A stretch of 62,625 nucleotides of DNA, the filler included, from Sphacelaria rigidula (Eukaryota), in the NCBI GenBank assembly GCA_964200075.2. It is 9 parts of 9 records of this genome, joined end to end, with 100 filler letters (N's around TTAATTAATTAA, not from the genome) between each part and the next. Parts side by side here need not be neighbours in the genome. Positions count along the whole stretch, not along the records: positions 55,757 to 62,625 come from CAXNAA020017669.1; 8 more parts are not named here. The stretch is one strand, 5' to 3'. Below the pieces are notes generated by a model. That model saw only the letters and a program-made list of their open reading frames with translations. It did no database searches and was not told the origin of the DNA. Below, piece after piece: positions 61,158 to 62,625 of the stretch. The translations under genes and the position numbers were made by a program. The stretch's first letter is position 1. Every line of letters begins with the position of its first letter.

Positions 61158-62165
61158 CGGCACACAGCATTCGACACATGTTATCCTCCAATCAAATTAC
61201 GGTTACCGTACTATTTTTTGGACAGCCATCCACCATCGCATGATGATGATCACCGAAACGCAAATCGTCGAAAGCATCTCTATTAAGCACTATAATATTT
61301 GCGAAACGTCTATTTAATCGCGCTAGGAGCGAACTGTGCTCACGGATTTGTCGTAATAATGGCTAAGAAAACGTGCTCGAAAATTCACGATTCTGAACCA
61401 ACGCTAACCCTAAATCCTAACCCCAACCCCGACCCAAGGCACAAAAGAACCCTCGGGTGAGAAGGGTACGACGGGTGCTCTAGGCAATGTGTGCATTAGC
61501 AGACCTCAAGTCGGAGCTTGTGGCGCCGATGCGGGCAAAAACACCTTCAGGGCAAGCTAGACGCGCACTCCGGACTGTCAGTCTCTCTCAAAGATCCGAA
61601 TATATGTCTTCACTCTTGAGTTCAAGTAGGCAACCATTCCTACGACAAGTGCGTACGATCTACTGTCAGGGGTACATGAAGGCGGGACACTGTATGTCCA
61701 AACGTCGCGAGCGATTCAATTTTATTTTGTCTCGGGGTACATCTGTCATGTGACCACGGCTGCATCCCTGGGGGAGGGGTTCAGTTAAAGTGCGTCAATC
61801 ATTCAATCAAATCATTCTCACCTATTCACCCCTATCGTGGGAAACTCTTGTCCAGTTCACGTGCATCACAGGGCGCACGGTCACATGAGGTCTTTTCCAG
61901 ATGGGATACATGCATTAAATCCAACTTTTCCACCGAAGCCATATGGCAGAGGCCGACCATTTCGTTTTTTTTTCTTTGTCTACTCTGTGTGTACTGTTCT
62001 ACCTTTTTCTGATTTTCTTCGCTCTTTTCTTTTGTTCTTGAGCGAGTGTTTCAGTTTTAATCAGTCTCGGATACGCTTAACATGTGACCACGGCTGGATC
62101 CCTGGGGGTCGGTTAGAGCGCAACAACAAATTAATCAATCAAAAATGCAGATCACACGTTTGCAC

Positions 62166-62256
62166 CTGTTCCTGAGTCGGCTTGGCCTCTCCCCCGACAT
62201 TTAGCGGTTTCAACCCCAGCATTGCCCTCACTCGATTCGTCTCCTGAATAGACATG
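62166..62256 (-). CDS. SART1: SART1/Snu66 visible exon 1, HIND (Hub1-interaction) motif
   Basis: 91 nt, phase 2/0. MSIQETNRVRAMLGLKPL matches HIND LSIEETNkLRa.LGLKPL. Frame not in the ORF track. Confidence 0.93.
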
Positions 62257-62379
62257 CTGTAAGTACCGGGCGGGGATACGGCCACGCGCGAGAGAGCGCA
62301 GTAAGGGAGAGAGGGACGGACAGACGGGGTGGGTCAAGGAGTCCGTTCGTATATGATTAATATCATCAATATTATTAAC

Positions 62380-62398
62380 ATATTATTATTATTTTATT

Positions 62399-62430
<32 letters not shown>

Positions 62431-62473
62431 CATTATTATTATCATTATCATTATCATTATTATTATCATTATT

Positions 62474-62514
<41 letters not shown>

Positions 62515-62539
62515 CATTATCATCATCATCATCATCATC

Positions 62540-62601
<62 letters not shown>

Positions 62602-62625
62602 CATTATCATTATCATTATCATTAT
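62380..62625. repeat. Compound (ATT/ATC)n microsatellite
   Basis: Direct observation. The poly-Ile/Met ORF is an artefact of it. Confidence 0.97.

Overview
Eukaryotic genomic DNA, not one locus. It is nine unrelated, size-sorted contigs of 6869-6870 bp joined by artificial 100-bp linkers (N44-TTAATTAATTAA-N44), so nothing can be inferred across linkers. Short GT-AG exons in long repeat-rich introns, tRNA-derived SINEs, (CAAT)n/(AAC)n-tailed LINE ends and dense MITEs suggest a brown alga or other stramenopile (inference). Contig 1 is a decayed Ty3/gypsy pol (PR-RT-RH-IN-chromodomain). Recognisable host genes are four phase-consistent exons of SART1/Snu66 (with HIND motif), three exons of CEBPZ/Noc1/Mak21, a probable first exon of a long-chain alcohol oxidase, and a WD40 exon. 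The rest is mostly non-autonomous TEs: hAT elements with 8-bp TSDs, piggyBac-like TTAA mini-MITEs, Tc1-like and foldback MITEs, and a TG..CA element with a 5-bp TSD. I found no CRISPR array, rRNA, intact tRNA or clear novel multigene system. The best leads are a ~463-bp unit bounded at both ends by a LINE-shared tail, SINEs with a conserved internal T6 tract, a Cys-rich open frame that the ORF track truncates, and a repeat-spacer-like triplication.
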